DNA of 64,000 nucleotides from Fibrobacterales bacterium (GTDB lineage Bacteria; Fibrobacterota; Fibrobacteria; Fibrobacterales; JAOPTW01). The first letter of the stretch is position 1, and each line of letters opens with the position of its first letter. The notes beneath the pieces are model-generated. The model had not been told where the DNA came from. It did no database searches and saw nothing but the letters and a program-made list of their open reading frames with translations. The position numbers and the translations under genes were made by a program. Location of the stretch: NCBI GenBank assembly GCA_051532055.1, contig JAOPTX010000008.1:32001-96000 (forward strand), given 5' to 3'. Below, piece by piece: positions 59,443 through 64,000 of the stretch.

Positions 59443-60932
59443 TTTTGCTCCAAACTAATGTATTGATGTTCAAATCCTAGCGGATCTAATGAGGTTAAAA
59501 GTTTATCAAATGCAATACTACGCTCTAAAGAAGGCCACTGTAAAAGGCGTTCCTGCTTGCGTGATGACCCAAACCATCTATATATTGTATCAATCCGACT
59601 TTTTAAAATCGAATCATCTTGGATGGCCTTTTTGCATAATTTTTTCTCAATCTTTTGCTGTACACGTTCTATAGTGTGAAGTAAATATCGGTGTAATAAT
59701 GCATCGGTATCCAAATGTTCTATACTCTTTAAAAAGGAATCATTTATCGTTAATGGTGATAAATCTACTTTCTGTTCCGTAAGGATCTTTTTCCCCAGCT
59801 GCTCCACCATTTCGATATGACTCATTGTAGGGATTTGCGCTGGTTCACATCCAAGAGATTCCGCAAGATCATAAAATTCGTTAAAACCAATCGTTGCATG
59901 GCATCGTGGAAAAACCATGGGAAAAGGAATAGATAAATACTGATATAACGGAGCTAAAACTCCAAAATAACGCAGTTCAGCTGGCCCCAGTACATGCGCC
60001 ACAACAGGAAAAATAGAATCACACACGAGTGGCCGTGTTAATACATCATGACTCAGATGTTCGGCATGCCGTTCCTCTTTAGAGGTAACTCTACTTCGGT
60101 GACCTAAAGAAACAACAAATGCCCGAATTACAGATGACCGAATGTCTACTGGTGATTGCACACCGATCGACTCTAAGAGTGCCTTCCCTTCTAATAGTCT
60201 ATCCTCTACCGCTTCGTGATGTTCAACACAACTATTTAAAACACCTCGACCAAAATGTTTTACTAGATCAGATGAACCATCAACAAAGATTAATCCAGTG
60301 GTGCCCAAAAGGGATTGAAGTAACTTACCAAATTGATCGGCAATTGAAATACCTGACTCTATGAGGCTTAAAAAATTTGACCGCCCATTAAGTACACTTA
60401 TAATATCCAAGAGTACATTGTGACGCTCAGTATCGAGATACCGATGAGACATCTGAATCAACTCACTCCGTTTTGTGAAATCAAGAGTGTGTGCCTTGCC
60501 TGTTAACAAATCCTCAGAAAAGTTACATTCCTTTAAATCTGAATCATCACCGGCTATCCAAAAAAGTGGTACAACGCTTGTCTCATTATTTTGGCTCAAT
60601 GTATCTGCAAGGGCTACAGCAGTTAATGCCTTGTAGAGAATCATAAGGGGGCCGCCCGAAATACTTGGCTGCTGACCAGTGACAACTACTGTAGTACTAC
60701 TTTTTTTAAGAAGGGTAATAGTATCGGCTGTCTCTTTTGAGCAGCCATAGCGTTCCTGTTCGTCACGTAACATCGAGGTAAGTAATGCACGGTCGTAGCT
60801 ATTATAAGGTCGATTAAAAAGTGACTCCGTATCGGCAGATGCAGTCGTTGCGACACCAGACGGATAGACCGTTTTACACTCCTGGTCAAACTCCTCAATG
60901 AGTCGTTGAAAAAGGGGTGATAGGTAGGCCAT
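59430..60932 (-). CDS. bshC: Bacillithiol cysteine-adding enzyme
   Basis: 'VVTGQQP..GGPL..LYKA', 'PLFWIAGDD', 'LTRPL', 'GPAELRY', 'QER'. Confidence 0.88.
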   Translation of the reverse strand: MAYLSPLFQRLIEEFDQECKTVYPSGVATTASADTESLFNRPYNSYDRALLTSMLRDEQERYGCSKETADTITLLKKSSTTVVVTGQQPSISGGPLMILYKALTAVALADTLSQNNETSVVPLFWIAGDDSDLKECNFSEDLLTGKAHTLDFTKRSELIQMSHRYLDTERHNVLLDIISVLNGRSNFLSLIESGISIADQFGKLLQSLLGTTGLIFVDGSSDLVKHFGRGVLNSCVEHHEAVEDRLLEGKALLESIGVQSPVDIRSSVIRAFVVSLGHRSRVTSKEERHAEHLSHDVLTRPLVCDSIFPVVAHVLGPAELRYFGVLAPLYQYLSIPFPMVFPRCHATIGFNEFYDLAESLGCEPAQIPTMSHIEMVEQLGKKILTEQKVDLSPLTINDSFLKSIEHLDTDALLHRYLLHTIERVQQKIEKKLCKKAIQDDSILKSRIDTIYRWFGSSRKQERLLQWPSLERSIAFDKLLTSLDPLGFEHQYISLEQKWNR

Positions 60933-61666
60933 TAGTCTCCTTTTTTAAGTACAAACGACATCCGAGGGGAGTCCTGAGTAAAGGGAGCTCCCTTCTCATC
61001 TCCAAAAATAGTTTGCACCGACAAGTTAACACTTTTAAAGAGATCATACAAATCTTCTTTCTCGAATACCATCACTCTTTCATGATATTTTTCAACTTTG
61101 TCAGGAGTATACTCAATGGTAATCTCCTTACAGACACATCCTCCTGTAAAAGTACGATCTTGTGTTACTTTTTTACCATCAATTACTTGAGAATCTTTTT
61201 TGGGAAGTGTTTTGAGAACGGCATCTTTGTTCATCAGGTCGAGGAAAATGTATCCTCCTGGCTTTACCATATCTACAAAATAACCAAGCAGTGAAAAATT
61301 TTCTTCACGAGTCGCAAAATACCCAAAAGAAGTGAAAAATGAGCAAGCCAAATCAAATGATTTCTTTTGAAAAGGAAGATTTCTCATGTCTGCCCGTGCT
61401 ATTGGTAAAGTGGCAGGAAGAGCGAGTTCTCGAGCTCGTTTCAACAAATAATGGCTTAAGTCGATTCCTATCGCACTCATGTCATTTTTGAGAAGTTCTT
61501 TAAGATGACGTGCTTTTCCACATCCAATGTCTATAATAGACGCTCCTTTGGGGAGCTCAAGATAGGCAAGAAGTGCTGTAACCTGATCTGTGGCTTGTTG
61601 ATCATTACGATTTACATAAATATTATCGTACTCTTCTTGAAACCACCTCTCAAACCATTCCATCAA
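60932..61666 (-). CDS. Class I SAM-dependent methyltransferase (candidate bacillithiol N-methyltransferase)
   Basis: 'IIDIGCGKARH', 'GIDLS', 'ADMR', 'FTSFGYF'; stop overlaps bshC start. Confidence 0.85.
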   Translation of the reverse strand: MMEWFERWFQEEYDNIYVNRNDQQATDQVTALLAYLELPKGASIIDIGCGKARHLKELLKNDMSAIGIDLSHYLLKRARELALPATLPIARADMRNLPFQKKSFDLACSFFTSFGYFATREENFSLLGYFVDMVKPGGYIFLDLMNKDAVLKTLPKKDSQVIDGKKVTQDRTFTGGCVCKEITIEYTPDKVEKYHERVMVFEKEDLYDLFKSVNLSVQTIFGDEKGAPFTQDSPRMSFVLKKGD

Positions 61667-63220
61667 CTACCTCCGATTAAATCTCGGTTTTCTCATGCGC
61701 TGGTCCATTTTTGACTTCCGCACGTTGCTATCTATCTCAGGAGACTGAGCTTTCTGAATACTGTCCTGAAATACACTATCCTTAACAATACTATCACGAA
61801 CCATTTGTTTTCTAATGAGTTCGTTTTTTTTCCGCTCTTGATCTGCTTTATACAGCGGATACCATTCAAAAGGGTCAATCCGCTTATAGCGAGTTCTACC
61901 GTACCGTATACTACCTTTAGGGCTCTTAATAGCGGTTTCTATATGTGCATGTGGCCCTGTAGTATTACCAGAAACGCCTATAGTCGCGAGCACATCCCCA
62001 ACATAGGCATCTTGGTTATCAAAAAAGAGCAACTTGTTGCAATGCGCAAAGGTTATTAAAAAAGAATCATTAAAAAGGGTAATCATATTACCACCGCGAG
62101 GATCAGTACGTACATGAGCATGACCATCAATAGGGGCGACAATATATGCATCAAAGCTTGTACCAATATCAATTGCAGGGTGTTTCCGGTGAGAACGCGT
62201 TTTCTTTTTTTGCCAATAGTCTGTTAAATAGGCAATTGAGTCACCATATATTGAAGTGTAAAAATTATATGCATCTGCCAAAGAGTCATGACGTGGCGTA
62301 CTAAGAGAATCATCGATGGGATAAAAGCGTACAACTGTACCCTCTCTCGGTTTATACTTTTCAATAGAATCAGTATAGATTGTTGATCGATCAATAGTCG
62401 CTTGTAAATAGTTTAGGATGTCAGCTGAGTCTGCAACCCAAGACACTTCTTTAGAGACAATATACCGTGCAATTCTATATACAGTTTCAGTACCTTGAAA
62501 CTCATATTCATAAATATAATCCGCATCATCACTCTGCATCTCAGAAAAGCTTTGAAGTGATCGCATAAATATTGGATGATACTGTGCAAAAAAGAGCCCC
62601 ACGACCGTAGCAACCACCAAACATATAGAAAACACAATGGAAAGAGTAGCATCATCACGTACCGTAACAACTCTCTTGTTGATCTCTTTAGCTATTTTTT
62701 CAGCCGTAAAACCAGTGGCATCGAGTAAATCTATCGATACGATAGCATGTTTTTGCAAATAATTTCTGAGAGCTGTCGCTCCACTATTCTGAACTCCATA
62801 AAAAAGAGTACATCGAGAAGCTTTGCTTAAAATGTGGAGTTCTGGGCGTTCTAATATATCAACCACAAAAAATATGTGAGTATAATACTGTTTAAGTAAT
62901 GAAACATTATAGAGAATATCACTTATTTGTTTTGCCGCAGCATTATTAGAATAATTGAAATGCAATGTATGAAAACCATCTTCATTAATTGCAATTTTTG
63001 GTGCAATAGATTGAGAGCTTTTTTCATTTTCAAAATAGATATAGCGCTCAATATCTGATTCTATATTTTTATCAATGAAAATAAAAAGCGAACTCGAACA
63101 ATCATTAGAGAAATAGAGTTGTGAATAATCTATTGAAGCTTCGTGTTTAGATATACAAAAAACACCCTTATTGGGTGCTTTGTAAGATATCGTGGTATGG
63201 CCTTTTTTATTCAAGCCCAT
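61667..63220 (-). CDS. Membrane-anchored M23 metallopeptidase with unknown N-terminal domain
   Basis: Internal TM helix; HPAID (HxxxD) and 'TTGPHAH' (HxH). Confidence 0.8.
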   Translation of the reverse strand: MGLNKKGHTTISYKAPNKGVFCISKHEASIDYSQLYFSNDCSSSLFIFIDKNIESDIERYIYFENEKSSQSIAPKIAINEDGFHTLHFNYSNNAAAKQISDILYNVSLLKQYYTHIFFVVDILERPELHILSKASRCTLFYGVQNSGATALRNYLQKHAIVSIDLLDATGFTAEKIAKEINKRVVTVRDDATLSIVFSICLVVATVVGLFFAQYHPIFMRSLQSFSEMQSDDADYIYEYEFQGTETVYRIARYIVSKEVSWVADSADILNYLQATIDRSTIYTDSIEKYKPREGTVVRFYPIDDSLSTPRHDSLADAYNFYTSIYGDSIAYLTDYWQKKKTRSHRKHPAIDIGTSFDAYIVAPIDGHAHVRTDPRGGNMITLFNDSFLITFAHCNKLLFFDNQDAYVGDVLATIGVSGNTTGPHAHIETAIKSPKGSIRYGRTRYKRIDPFEWYPLYKADQERKKNELIRKQMVRDSIVKDSVFQDSIQKAQSPEIDSNVRKSKMDQRMRKPRFNRR

Positions 63221-63227
63221 GAGATAT

Positions 63228-63620
63228 TTACCTCATGGCAGCTTTAAGCAAGTCCATTTTACCTTTAATTGCTTGAAAGCTTTCGAGGTTTTTATTGAAT
63301 ATATCCTGATTAGTTGGGAGATAAAACATCACATCTTTTTTACCAAGGCGACCTTTAAGAAACTCAGTTGCGTTTCTTTTGCTCACACCAATAAATGGTC
63401 CATCATCAAGGTCTTCGAGAATATCGAAATATTTGAAGAGTGAATGATTTTTATTCCAACCACGAGATTCAAAAATATAGGCATCAGCTTGTGGAACACG
63501 ATTTCCATCAAGAATATGCTCATATCCATATACTTCTAATTCGTGGCTTGGATCATTTGTAACAAGCGGAGTAAGATCATTGATAACAGCTTTATTATCA
63601 CATACTAAAACAAATTTCAT
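63228..63620 (-). CDS. Hypothetical protein, possibly degenerate receiver-like fold
   Basis: 130-aa ORF in operon; alternating beta/alpha pattern without canonical DD/D/K. Confidence 0.5.
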   Translation of the reverse strand: MKFVLVCDNKAVINDLTPLVTNDPSHELEVYGYEHILDGNRVPQADAYIFESRGWNKNHSLFKYFDILEDLDDGPFIGVSKRNATEFLKGRLGKKDVMFYLPTNQDIFNKNLESFQAIKGKMDLLKAAMR

Positions 63621-63650
63621 AATTGGCCTTTTAAAATTTATTTTTAAAAA

Positions 63651-63724
63651 TACGGCTGCAAGGGTTCGAACCTTGGACCTACGGTTTAGAAAACCGTTGC
63701 TCTATCCAACTGAGCTACAGCCGC
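63651..63724 (-). tRNA. tRNA-Arg (anticodon UCU)
   Basis: GCGGCTGTAGCTCAGTTGGATAGAGCAACGGTTTTCTAAACCGTAGGTCCAAGGTTCGAACCCTTGCAGCCGTA folds as a cloverleaf; CCA not encoded. Confidence 0.96.
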
Positions 63725-63936
63725 ATTTTAGCCTGAAATGGAAAAGAAATGGAATTCTAACCCACTCAGATTTAATGACCCAAATTTAATCAAATGAGAA
63801 ATATTTTTAAAGGAAATTTGTCATAATTGCAAAATTTTACTGTTTTTACACTTTAGTAATATGAGGCGCACTGAAGAATATTGGAATTTCTTATATTTTA
63901 GACACACAAACAACCAATCAAAACGAGTTAACAGAC

Positions 63937-64000
63937 ATGGAACAACTAAACGGTATTCTCCCTTTAATTTTGATGATCCCTATATTTTACTTTTTCTTCA
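63937..64000 (+). CDS. yajC: Preprotein translocase subunit YajC, 5' end (truncated by window)
   Basis: MEQLNGILPLILMIPIFYFFF matches the YajC TM start; only 21 codons visible. Confidence 0.6.
   Translation, partial: MEQLNGILPLILMIPIFYFFF

Noticed and set aside
63651..63724. tRNA as an island integration site
   Set aside because: No integrase, no duplicated tRNA 3' end noticed, and downstream genes look like core genes

Overview
AT-rich bacterial chromosomal segment, most likely Fibrobacterota (inferred from two TIGR02147-family genes, two fibro-slime proteins, poly-serine-linker lipoproteins and T9SS-like C-terminal domains). The left ~39 kb is an accessory cell-surface region. It holds about 13 lipoproteins, five of which carry 33 copies of a 4-Cys acidic 'CxDGxDNDxDGxxDCxDxxC' repeat. 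It also holds a 2409-aa repeat adhesin-like protein with a G10 tract near its 5' end, GH12/GH5/polysaccharide-lyase/LamG/GLUG proteins and a DUF4105 (Lnb-like) protein, and is interrupted by the efp-epmA-epmB cluster. 39-50 kb is a signal-transduction island (HD-GYP, RssB/RssC-like PP2C+STAS, four kinases, TIGR02147). 50-64 kb is core genome: coaBC, a degenerate UDG, dnaB, mlaE/F, hemB, and a tRNA-Arg-headed operon with an M23 peptidase, a SAM methyltransferase and bshC-bshB1-bshA (candidate N-methyl-bacillithiol pathway), then the start of yajC. No CRISPR array, rRNA, integrase or transposase was seen. All family calls come from motif recognition by eye; no database searches were run.
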